Shown here in pieces: positions 56,093 to 64,000 of a DNA stretch of 64,000 nt. The position numbers were made by a program, and so were the translations under genes. This DNA is from Candidatus Iainarchaeum sp. GTDB taxonomy: Archaea > Iainarchaeota > Iainarchaeia > Iainarchaeales > DTGL01. Below the pieces are notes generated by a model. The model saw only the letters and a program-made list of their open reading frames with translations, was not told where the DNA came from and made no database searches. The DNA lies in contig JAOAJX010000002.1 in the NCBI GenBank assembly GCA_026413945.1, forward strand, positions 1 through 64,000, given 5' to 3'. Position 1 is the stretch's first letter. Each line of letters opens with the position of its first letter.

Positions 56093-57238
56093 TCATTCTG
56101 CCCTTAGCGCTTCAATTGGGTCAAACTTACTTGCCTTCCAAGCTGGGTAAAGCCCTGCAAACAAGCCTATAAGTACAGCAAAAAGAAAGGACTCAATAGC
56201 CAATGCTGGCGATATATACAATCTTACAGGTATTTTTCCATATAAATAATCAGCAATCAATACGCCAAACATAAGCCCTAGCACACCACCAAACACTCCA
56301 ATTATGGTAGACTCATAGAGGATCATCTTTATTATTGTACCATTGGTCCACCCAGATGCTTTCAGAATGCCAATTTCCTTGTAGCGCTCCATAACGCTCA
56401 TAAGCATTGTGTTGAGTATGCCAACTGCAGCCACTAATGAGGCTATTGATGCAACAGCCATCACAAGTAGCCTGATGTTTCCTAAGACACCAGATAATGA
56501 CTCAGTAAACTGGCTTGAACTCACTACACGATAATTGTCACCAAGCTTAAATTTTATAAGTTTTGCCATTTTTTCTGAATTTTCTGGATTTTCGAGTTCT
56601 ACGCTTATCTGCGTAACCTTATTCTTTGGAAAACTTATTAGGTCGCGCAATTCATCAATGTCCATCAGAATACCATAGTTGAATAGCTTTGAACCAGTTC
56701 TGTAAACACCAACGATAACAAATTGCTTATCATTTATCTTTATTTTGTTTCCAACAAATTTTCGGTAATCATCAGATATGCCTTCCCCTATAACAACACT
56801 TCCTTTTTCACCCGGTTGTAGATTCCTGCCCTTAAGAATTTCGCCGGTTACTCCGCCGACTGTCTGACCGCTTTTTTCAAAAACCGTACCAAAAAGCCTT
56901 ATGGTGCCGGTCATACTCATCGAACCCAGTGGTGTTTCCTTGCCATCTATGCTTCTAGTAAGCGCAGTTATAACCGGTGTTGCCTTTTTTATACCAGGCA
57001 TTCTTCTCAATTCGTAAACTATTTTTTCGTCAGTTTGCGCATATATTGGGCCATAAGCACTTCTTTCAAAAACAATTATGCCCTGAACCTGAGAAATTGT
57101 ATTTTTTATCTCAAGAAAGAGACCATCTGCCAATGCAGTCATTAAGATTATCGCAAGTACTCCAACTGCTATCATTCCAACTGAAAGAAATGTTCGCAAC
57201 TTTTTTCGTTGCAGGTTCATCAAGGCTGTCTTAAACAC
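56093..57238 (-). CDS. ABC transporter permease (MacB/FtsX family)
   Basis: RKKLRTFLS, NTMLMSVMERYKEIGILKASGW, AGLYPAWKASKFDPIEALR. Confidence 0.92.
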   Translation of the reverse strand: MFKTALMNLQRKKLRTFLSVGMIAVGVLAIILMTALADGLFLEIKNTISQVQGIIVFERSAYGPIYAQTDEKIVYELRRMPGIKKATPVITALTRSIDGKETPLGSMSMTGTIRLFGTVFEKSGQTVGGVTGEILKGRNLQPGEKGSVVIGEGISDDYRKFVGNKIKINDKQFVIVGVYRTGSKLFNYGILMDIDELRDLISFPKNKVTQISVELENPENSEKMAKLIKFKLGDNYRVVSSSQFTESLSGVLGNIRLLVMAVASIASLVAAVGILNTMLMSVMERYKEIGILKASGWTNGTIIKMILYESTIIGVFGGVLGLMFGVLIADYLYGKIPVRLYISPALAIESFLFAVLIGLFAGLYPAWKASKFDPIEALRAE

Positions 57239-57239
57239 C

Positions 57240-57932
57240 TTATCTTTCCTCCATTTTATCAATAAGGCCATCTTTTATGTAAAGAATTCTATTGCCATAT
57301 TTTGTAAGGGACAAGTCATGTGTTACTATTATGAAAGTTTTATTTTTTTCCTTGTTCATCTTTTGCAATGTATCCATTATTTGCATAGTTGTTTTGCTGT
57401 CAAGGTTTCCTGTTGGTTCATCAGCAAGTACAATTTTAGGATCGTTTATTAAGGCCCTTGCAATTGCTACTCTTTGTGATTCACCACCGCTAAGCTCTGT
57501 GGGTTTGTGGAACATTCTATGTTCAACACCCACTATTTTGAGCAACTCCTTGGCTCTCTTAATCTTTTCGATATCATCGATTTTAGTTGGCTCGAGAGGT
57601 AGCATTACATTTTCCAAGGCATTAAGAGTCGGAATCAAGTGAAAAGATTGGAATACAAAGCCAATGAATTTCCTCCTAAGCATAGCTAAGCCCCAATCGT
57701 CAAGTGTTTGCAAATCCTTTCCGTTTATAAAAACTTTTCCTGAGCTCGGTTTATCGAGAGCACCCATCAAATGCAACATAGTGCTTTTTCCGGAGCCACT
57801 AGGGCCTATTATCACAATGAAGTCGCCTTCGTATACATCGAGGGTGACGCCGCAGAGTGCCTTTACTTTTACCTTTCCCATGGTGTATTCTTTACAGACA
57901 TTTTTCATTTCAATAACCTTTTTTTTAGGCAC
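57240..57932 (-). CDS. ABC transporter ATP-binding protein (LolD/MacB-type)
   Basis: GPSGSGKST, LSGGESQRVAIAR, LADEPTGNLD, VTHD. Confidence 0.95.
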   Translation of the reverse strand: MPKKKVIEMKNVCKEYTMGKVKVKALCGVTLDVYEGDFIVIIGPSGSGKSTMLHLMGALDKPSSGKVFINGKDLQTLDDWGLAMLRRKFIGFVFQSFHLIPTLNALENVMLPLEPTKIDDIEKIKRAKELLKIVGVEHRMFHKPTELSGGESQRVAIARALINDPKIVLADEPTGNLDSKTTMQIMDTLQKMNKEKNKTFIIVTHDLSLTKYGNRILYIKDGLIDKMEER

Positions 57933-59067
57933 CCCTCATCGCCTCCACAGGATCCAGCTTTGCTGCTCGATATGCAGGATACGCTCCTGCAAATAAACCC
58001 ACAAAAAATGCAAAAAGCGCAGCTTGGACAACTGAGTTTGTAGTTACTAGGGTTGGTATTCCAAAATAAGTGTCTATATAATGTGCTATTGCTATGCCGA
58101 TAAATATTCCAATGAGGCCTCCAAGCAAACCCATAAATGCAGATTCTAGCAAGATCAATTTCATTATGCTCCAGCTAGTCCAACCGGATGCTTTTAAAGT
58201 GCCTATTTCTTTATAGCGCTCCATAACGCTCATCAGTATAGTATTAATTATGCCCATTGCCGCAACAAAAGCAGATATTGCTGCAATTGCAAATGCAACT
58301 ATGTTAAAGTTTCCAAGCATGTTAGAGACGGTTTCAGAAAAATCGCTAGTTGCCATTGCTTCAACTTGAGAACCATATAAGAAATTTATAAGCTGTGCAA
58401 CTTTTTTGTCTTCTTTTGGGTCTTCAAGTTCAACATAGAATGTGTTAACTTTATCTTTACTTATGCCTGCAAGTTCTCTAGCAACATCTATATCCATCAC
58501 AATTATATTGCCATAAAGTTCAGACTCTGTCTTTAATATGCCCTTTACCTTAAACTGTTTCTCATTCACTCTTATATTGGAGCCTACAAACTTTTTTCTG
58601 TCATCAGCTATGTTTTTTCCCAAGAGAACATAACTTTTGTCATTGCTGCCTAGCATTTCGCCACGCTCTAATTCACCAATCCACCCAGAACCGCGAAGTT
58701 TTTTGTATTGTGCCGGATCTATGCCATATATAAAGACAAAAGAAGACATTGAGGTAAACCTCAATGGTTGATTATCTATGGACTTTGGAGCAGCCCATAT
58801 CTCAGAAACTACTGTTCTTACACCTTGCACATTTGTTAGCTTTTGCCCCAATGATTCTTCAAGCCTAGAAAAAGGCTGGTCCGCAACGCCTTTTTGCATT
58901 ACCATTACGCCTTGAAAAGAGCCAAAAACAGAGGTCATCTCATTGTATATCCCGTCTATGACTGCAGTCAGTGTTATAAGCGCAGTTATGCCTATCACAA
59001 TGCCCAGCACTGCTAAAAATGTCCTTATTTTTCTCCTGAAAAGGTTGAAGAAAGCTAACTTTATCAT
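57925..59067 (-). CDS. ABC transporter permease (MacB/FtsX family), paralog of 56093-57238
   Basis: RRKIRTFLA, NTILMSVMERYKEIGTLKASGW, YPAYRAAKLDPVEAMR. Confidence 0.92.
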   Translation of the reverse strand: MIKLAFFNLFRRKIRTFLAVLGIVIGITALITLTAVIDGIYNEMTSVFGSFQGVMVMQKGVADQPFSRLEESLGQKLTNVQGVRTVVSEIWAAPKSIDNQPLRFTSMSSFVFIYGIDPAQYKKLRGSGWIGELERGEMLGSNDKSYVLLGKNIADDRKKFVGSNIRVNEKQFKVKGILKTESELYGNIIVMDIDVARELAGISKDKVNTFYVELEDPKEDKKVAQLINFLYGSQVEAMATSDFSETVSNMLGNFNIVAFAIAAISAFVAAMGIINTILMSVMERYKEIGTLKASGWTSWSIMKLILLESAFMGLLGGLIGIFIGIAIAHYIDTYFGIPTLVTTNSVVQAALFAFFVGLFAGAYPAYRAAKLDPVEAMRGA

Positions 59068-59085
59068 CTTCTATCATCGGCCAAA

Positions 59086-60315
59086 TTAGAGCTTCCTTAA
59101 AGCAAGTTGTCTTATTATCAGCTTTATTATGATATAAACAAGAACTAATATTATGATTATGAATACATAGTGCATGTATTGGCTTGGTTCTGGGGCTGCT
59201 GCAACATAAACAGAGTAGGCAGTATGCAACTTCTGCTCTTTTTGCATTTCATCGAGGTATGTTATTGTTATCTTTATTTCATGGTAGCCAATGGTTGCGT
59301 TTTTATCCACGCTCAAATCAAAAATGGCTGATCCGGAATCCTCACTTTTTATTTCACCAATGTATGCGCTTTTGGAGCCAACAAGTGACGAATCGTTTTC
59401 TATATTCACTATGACCTTTTTTGCACTCTCTTTACCAAGATTATCAAGCTGCACTGCAAGTGAAATATTGTCACCTTGCATTATTTTTTTATCGTCTCTA
59501 CCTGAAATTGAGTAATCTATGCCGGAGATTATAATGTCAGGTCTGCCGTATAAGTGTATGGAAAAAATCTGTGTCTTCGTTTCGCAGTCCCTACAGCCAG
59601 CGCTCAGTTTAAAGGCATAAGTGCCTGGCTTTGATGCCTCGCTTGCAGTTATTTCAAATGCAATTTTTTTTGATTCTCCCACAGTCATATTTCCAAGTTC
59701 TTGCCTCATGTCTGACTGCAATATGAAGCCCGGCGCCGTATTTGCGCCCAAAATAGATAGCTCAGCATAAACATTTCTTGCTTCTAATGAGCCAGCATTT
59801 ACTATATCTGCGCTTATAACAATTTTATCACCAATATGTGGGAAATAATTTGAAGATCTTACGTTTGAGATAGAAACATCATATATGTCAGATATAAGCA
59901 AGTTTATGTACCTGTTGTCATTTATGTCAATAATACCACTTTTATATTTCATAAAAAGAGTTAAAGTATAAGTGCCAGAAGGCAAATCTCGCGGTGTATC
60001 AAAAACAAACACCACTGTTTTTTTCTCTTTCGGTTTTATGGCATCAACAATTTGTTCAACCGCACCTCTCTTAAACTGAGCTGGAAATAAAAGCTGAAGT
60101 TTAATATTTTCAGCAGTTGTGTAAAGCCCTATATTTTCTAGAGTTATGGCTAAGTTTACTGAATTGCCTGGATAAGCCACAGTTGGTTTCTGTAAAGTAG
60201 AATCAATTCTAAGTAGATAATAAGGGTCTGCCGGCTGTTGTGCCAAGGAGATATTTGGATAGATAAGAACAAATAAAATTAATATCAAATAACTATGCTT
60301 ACAGCTGCTTACCAT
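59086..60315 (-). CDS. COG1361 S-layer-domain-like exported protein
   Basis: Signal peptide, three Ig-like repeats (YPGNSVNLAITLENIG, IVNAGSLEARNV, LDNLGKESAKKV), C-terminal TM; typical partner of MacB-type ABC sets. Confidence 0.8.
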   Translation of the reverse strand: MVSSCKHSYLILILFVLIYPNISLAQQPADPYYLLRIDSTLQKPTVAYPGNSVNLAITLENIGLYTTAENIKLQLLFPAQFKRGAVEQIVDAIKPKEKKTVVFVFDTPRDLPSGTYTLTLFMKYKSGIIDINDNRYINLLISDIYDVSISNVRSSNYFPHIGDKIVISADIVNAGSLEARNVYAELSILGANTAPGFILQSDMRQELGNMTVGESKKIAFEITASEASKPGTYAFKLSAGCRDCETKTQIFSIHLYGRPDIIISGIDYSISGRDDKKIMQGDNISLAVQLDNLGKESAKKVIVNIENDSSLVGSKSAYIGEIKSEDSGSAIFDLSVDKNATIGYHEIKITITYLDEMQKEQKLHTAYSVYVAAAPEPSQYMHYVFIIIILVLVYIIIKLIIRQLALRKL

Positions 60316-60355
60316 CTTAATCACATTTAATTTTAACATGGGTATTATTTTAAAC

Positions 60356-60372
60356 ATATCGGAATCCGATAT
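60356..60372. promoter_or_regulatory. Candidate PadR operator ATATCGGA-A-TCCGATAT
   Basis: Perfect 8-1-8 inverted repeat between TTTTAAA and padR ATG 60377. Confidence 0.6.
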
Positions 60373-60376
60373 AATT

Positions 60377-60895
60377 ATGCCTGAAAACGACTCCAAAATA
60401 ATAAAAATGCTTTTCAAGGGACATCTTAAATATCTTGTACTAAAAGCACTAAAGCAAAAGAAATTGCATGGCTATGCTCTTGACAATGCATGTTTTGAGC
60501 TTACAAACCGCATGTGGAAGCCATCTTTCGGTTCCTTATACCCAGTGCTTGCAAAGCTTGAAAAAAACGGGCTTATAAGAAGCTCTGCTGAGAATAAGGG
60601 AAGAAAAATAAAGCAGTATTCTTTAACTCGCAAAGGGAGAAGAGAGCTAGGCAAAATAGAAAAAAGCATGGACTGCTTAAAGCAGCTTGTAAAAGTAAAG
60701 GAAAGAACAAGAGAAAGCATAATAGAGGGCTTGTCTAAAGTGGCTTGCAAAGAGCTACAAAAACTACAAAAAAGCTTTCTTAGTCTCTCCATATTGGCAA
60801 ATGAGGGAAAGCTTAGTAACAGTCAGATAAGAGAAATCCGTGCTGAAATGAACGAATTTAACAATAGAATAAAAGAGATAGCAAAAATGAGTTAG
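60377..60895 (+). CDS. PadR family transcriptional regulator
   Basis: KGHLKYLVLKAL...HGYAL...WKPSFGSLYPVLAKLEKNGLI...KQYSLTRKG. Confidence 0.9.
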   Translation: MPENDSKIIKMLFKGHLKYLVLKALKQKKLHGYALDNACFELTNRMWKPSFGSLYPVLAKLEKNGLIRSSAENKGRKIKQYSLTRKGRRELGKIEKSMDCLKQLVKVKERTRESIIEGLSKVACKELQKLQKSFLSLSILANEGKLSNSQIREIRAEMNEFNNRIKEIAKMS

Positions 60896-60954
60896 CTTTT
60901 ATGCGATGCATTTTATAATTTAGTTTAATACTATTTTATAGCACACCAATAAAT

Positions 60955-61038
60955 GCACGGGTGTCCGAGTGGCCAAAGGAGCAGGGCTTAGGACCCTGCG
61001 GCTTAGTGCCTTCCCAGGTTCGAATCCTGGCCCGTGCA
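60955..61038 (+). tRNA. tRNA-Leu(UAG)
   Basis: GCACGGG/CCCGTGC acceptor, CAGGG-CT TAG GA-CCCTG, long variable arm, CCAGG TTCGAAT CCTGG. Confidence 0.95.
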
Positions 61039-61075
61039 TTTTAACTATAAATGAAAGAGAATGTAATGCGCACAG

Positions 61076-62287
61076 TCATCTTAAAAGCTCTGGCGCAAAA
61101 AGCAAAATAAGGCCAAGCAGTATAAGTATTGCTCCGCCAATTCCCTTGCAGTATCTTGCGTATTTTTCCCCGAGTTTGCTGCTTAATGCAAAGGCAGCAG
61201 TACCAAAAATTAACAGATCATCGAGCATGAAAAAGAAAACATAAAGCGTTATATAAAAATAGCGCTCTATTGAAGCAATGGCACTTAAAGCGAGGATTTG
61301 AGTAAAAACAGCAGGTAAAGCAGAGCTACACACAAATTCAATAGAATTTACGACAAAAGCCAAGGCAAAAATACCAAAAATCACAGCAATTGAAAGGGGT
61401 TTTGAAACAAGTTCCTCAATTCTGCTAATTGTTTTTTCATGCGATTTTTCATCGCCAACTTTGCATGTTATTGTGCCTTTAGTGGTTAAGAAATCTTTTA
61501 AGCCATATATGCCCCCGCCAAGTGCAACAAGCCCTATCAATATTGTTACAGACCTAAGATATCCAACAAACAAGAACAAATTAAGCCATGCGGTCATAAA
61601 CAAGAAATAAAGTATGCCTGAAGCAAGCACGAAGCTTCCAACAATTAGCCATATCTTTTTTCTCTCCCCGATGCCAACCAAAAGCGCTATTAAATATACA
61701 AGAACCCACATAGCACAGGGATTAAAGCCATCAATCAGGCCGAGAATTATTGCTAAAACTGGAAGAGAAAATGAAGTAAGATCCGTTTTTCCGAGAAATG
61801 GCAGTTTAAACTCTTTAAGATTCTCTTCAAGGCCTTGCGACTTGTGATGGCTAACTTGACCTGCTTGTGCGCGCTTGCATTCCTCAATGCACTCTAGTAT
61901 TGTGCTTCTTATTTCCTCTTTAGAATGCACACCAATTAAGGCCCTTATATGATCTTTACCAACAAATATTGCTGGAACTCTGACTCTGGGTTCTAGGCCT
62001 ACTTCAGAGGCAAGTTTGTGATAAAGAGAAAGCCCTTCAGGTGTTGAAGCATCATGGAAAAAAAAATTTATATCGCGCATTTCTTTTTGAAGTTCGAGAA
62101 CAATTGGCCTTTGCTCAGCGCAATGCGGGCATGTTGGAAGATAAAAGTAATGAACTGCAAAGCCCTCTATTGTTGTGGGCTGGCTTGTCTGTTGGTATAA
62201 TAAAAGAAAAGTGCCCAGCATGGCAAGAGCTAAGAAAAGAACCAAATTGAACCTTGAGCCGAAAAAACTCTTTATAGAAGAGAGCAT
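61076..62287 (-). CDS. Thioredoxin/glutaredoxin domain fused to DsbD/CcdA-like membrane domain
   Basis: CPHC; LGLIDGFNPCAMWVL; NSIEFVCS; multiple TM helices. Confidence 0.8.
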   Translation of the reverse strand: MLSSIKSFFGSRFNLVLFLALAMLGTFLLLYQQTSQPTTIEGFAVHYFYLPTCPHCAEQRPIVLELQKEMRDINFFFHDASTPEGLSLYHKLASEVGLEPRVRVPAIFVGKDHIRALIGVHSKEEIRSTILECIEECKRAQAGQVSHHKSQGLEENLKEFKLPFLGKTDLTSFSLPVLAIILGLIDGFNPCAMWVLVYLIALLVGIGERKKIWLIVGSFVLASGILYFLFMTAWLNLFLFVGYLRSVTILIGLVALGGGIYGLKDFLTTKGTITCKVGDEKSHEKTISRIEELVSKPLSIAVIFGIFALAFVVNSIEFVCSSALPAVFTQILALSAIASIERYFYITLYVFFFMLDDLLIFGTAAFALSSKLGEKYARYCKGIGGAILILLGLILLFAPELLR

Positions 62288-62331
62288 ATTGAGATATTTA
62301 GATTAAATGTTTAAATAACCTTCTTTTTTTT

Positions 62332-62841
62332 ATGATAAGTATGTATTGCAAATATTCAAAAAAAGCCTTTTTGCTTTTTATTCTGAGCTTCACTATATTT
62401 TTGTTAGCTATTGTACTTAGCGGCTGCATCGAGGAAACAAAAAAAGAGATTAATGCATCAGAGCAAGAAAATATTACCAACTATGGCCAAATTTCACCAC
62501 AAAAAACCCATGTTGCTTTATCAATCGAAACCGACAAGAAAGAATACTCATCCAATGAAAATGCAAAGATTAACGTTATTGCGATATCTTCTGCCAGCAT
62601 TCCAAATGTAAAGGTAAAAATCTGGGGAATAGAAACTTACACTAGAAATTACATTCAAGATGAAAGAATAGTAAATCTAAAAATCGGGGATAATAGAATA
62701 GAGTTCAATACAAAAATGCCTTATTGCACTTCTGGCTGTGGTGGCGTATATCCCGGAGCATATTTAATACATGCAACTTTAGAGGCCCAAGGCAATGAAA
62801 TTGCGCAGGCCAAGACAGAAATTTTGCTCCTAAATAAATAA
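62332..62841 (+). CDS. Putative lipoprotein with Ig-like domain
   Basis: Signal with lipobox LSGC; IETDKKEYSSNE Ig-type start. Confidence 0.7.
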   Translation: MISMYCKYSKKAFLLFILSFTIFLLAIVLSGCIEETKKEINASEQENITNYGQISPQKTHVALSIETDKKEYSSNENAKINVIAISSASIPNVKVKIWGIETYTRNYIQDERIVNLKIGDNRIEFNTKMPYCTSGCGGVYPGAYLIHATLEAQGNEIAQAKTEILLLNK

Positions 62842-62843
62842 CC

Positions 62844-63077
62844 TTAATCGTGTTCCTCGAAGGCTTTCGCTTGCTCTGGATCATTCTTTTGAATCCATTC
62901 CATCAGCATTGCAACATGCTCTTTTTCTTCATCCCTGTTGTGCTCCAATATTCTCTTTAGTTTTGTATCTTTTGTGCTAACAATTCTTGTCTCATACCAA
63001 TTTATTGCCTCAAGCTCTTCAATCAAGCTTTGCCTTGCCATCTTTAAATCTGTATTTTCAACTTCCTTGGAATACAT
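62844..63077 (-). CDS. Small ferritin-like protein (encapsulated-ferritin type)
   Basis: ARQSLIEELEAINWY...ILEHNRDEEKEHVAMLMEWI; GGGGGTGA SD. Confidence 0.85.
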   Translation of the reverse strand: MYSKEVENTDLKMARQSLIEELEAINWYETRIVSTKDTKLKRILEHNRDEEKEHVAMLMEWIQKNDPEQAKAFEEHD

Positions 63078-63090
63078 AAATTCACCCCCT

Positions 63091-63846
63091 TTATACCAAC
63101 ATCACAAGCGTAATACCCATTACGGCACAGCCAACAAAAAAGCCAAAGGTCATTATATGCTGCTTTTCAGACACGCAATCATATGCAACTGGGAGAAGCT
63201 CATCTATACAAATATAAACCATTATCCCAGCAACAATGGCAAGCGAAGCGCCTATAAGTTGCGCTGACAATAAAGGAACTAAGAAAACTGCAGCAATAAC
63301 AGCACCTAGCGGCTCAGCAATGCCGGAAAGAAATGACGCCAAAAAGGCTTTCTTTCTGCTCTTTGTTGCATAATAAACAGGCATAGAAACAGCAAAACCT
63401 TCTGCTATGTTGTGTATTGCAATCGCTAACGCAATGACAATACCGAGCTTAATAGAACTTAAGCTTGCGGCGAATATTGCAAAGCCTTCTGGAAGGTTGT
63501 GTATGGAAACACCGAGTGCAACGAGCACGCCTATTCTAAACAACCTTTTTTCAGAAACTTTTCCTTTATTTTCATCCTCAAGAAGATAGCTGTGTGGCAC
63601 AAAAAAGTCAGTAAAAAAAGCAATGCATGAACCTACAAAGAAAAGAGTTAGTGCAGTTCCATAGCCAAGCACTTCAATGCCTGCTGGCAAAATCTCAACA
63701 AATGAAACCATTAGCATTACGCCAGTTGCAAAGGCCAGTGAAAAGCCCAAATAATATTTTTTAAAGTCCCTAATAAGAAAAATTAATAAGCCACCAACAG
63801 CGGTGCTAATGCCAGCAAAAAAAGCCAAAAGAAAGCCATTCAGCAT
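63091..63846 (-). CDS. zupT: ZIP family zinc/iron transporter
   Basis: GVMLMVSFVE, IHNLPEG, IHNIAEG, AEPLG, GIMVYICIDELLP. Confidence 0.92.
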   Translation of the reverse strand: MLNGFLLAFFAGISTAVGGLLIFLIRDFKKYYLGFSLAFATGVMLMVSFVEILPAGIEVLGYGTALTLFFVGSCIAFFTDFFVPHSYLLEDENKGKVSEKRLFRIGVLVALGVSIHNLPEGFAIFAASLSSIKLGIVIALAIAIHNIAEGFAVSMPVYYATKSRKKAFLASFLSGIAEPLGAVIAAVFLVPLLSAQLIGASLAIVAGIMVYICIDELLPVAYDCVSEKQHIMTFGFFVGCAVMGITLVMLV

Positions 63847-63931
63847 ACTATGAAAAATTACTGCCAAGAACATTTAAAATAATAATTAGTAAAATAAGAT
63901 AATAGGGTTTGCCGTCAAATGGGGTTATAAG

Positions 63932-64000
63932 ATGGAATGCAAAAAGGAAAGAAATCTTAAGAATTGTCCATGCTCTTATCAAGGTTGTTCAAGAAAAGGC
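63932..64000 (+). CDS. Small Cys-rich protein (DUF6485-like), partial
   Basis: MECKKERNLKNCPCSYQGCSRKG runs off window end. Confidence 0.55.
   Translation, partial: MECKKERNLKNCPCSYQGCSRKG

Noticed and set aside
60969-61244. 91-aa ORF in the ORF track
   Set aside because: Overlaps tRNA-Leu and is antisense to a real gene
1-64000. Many 60-160 aa ORFs overlapping longer genes
   Set aside because: Antisense or out-of-frame shadows of well-supported CDSs with F/S/L-rich composition
1-64000. Alternative genetic code, CRISPR array, transposase or provirus
   Set aside because: Core genes are full length under the standard code with all three stops used; no repeat-spacer array or mobile-element motifs were seen

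Overview
AT-rich, gene-dense archaeal chromosome segment. Archaeal markers are an HMf-type histone, A1-U72 tRNA-Gln genes without encoded CCA, a BHB tRNA intron, TATA-type promoters, archaeal AsnRS-like asparagine synthetase and FBP aldolase/phosphatase. The gene style and orphan content suggest a DPANN lineage such as Ca. Iainarchaeota/Diapherotrites (inference). The window holds translation genes (asnS, proS, tyrS, 4 tRNAs), purine salvage genes, nucleotide-sugar and glycan genes, large surface proteins, a PadR-controlled COG1361/ABC locus, metal homeostasis genes and three frameshifted accessory pseudogenes. I saw no CRISPR array, transposase or integrase. The most unusual observations are: (1) three stand-alone 8-13 codon lysine-rich micro-ORFs with identical Shine-Dalgarno geometry; (2) a strong D-x-N tripeptide enrichment in an FN3 surface protein, possibly a non-canonical modification sequon; (3) two promoter-preceded structured intergenic RNA candidates; (4) a ribbon-helix-helix protein fused to a degenerate sugar-nucleotidyltransferase domain, with a candidate operator; (5) scattered, very basic orphan proteins carrying kinase-like, NTase or GT2 domains. 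All calls come from reading motifs by eye; no database searches were run.
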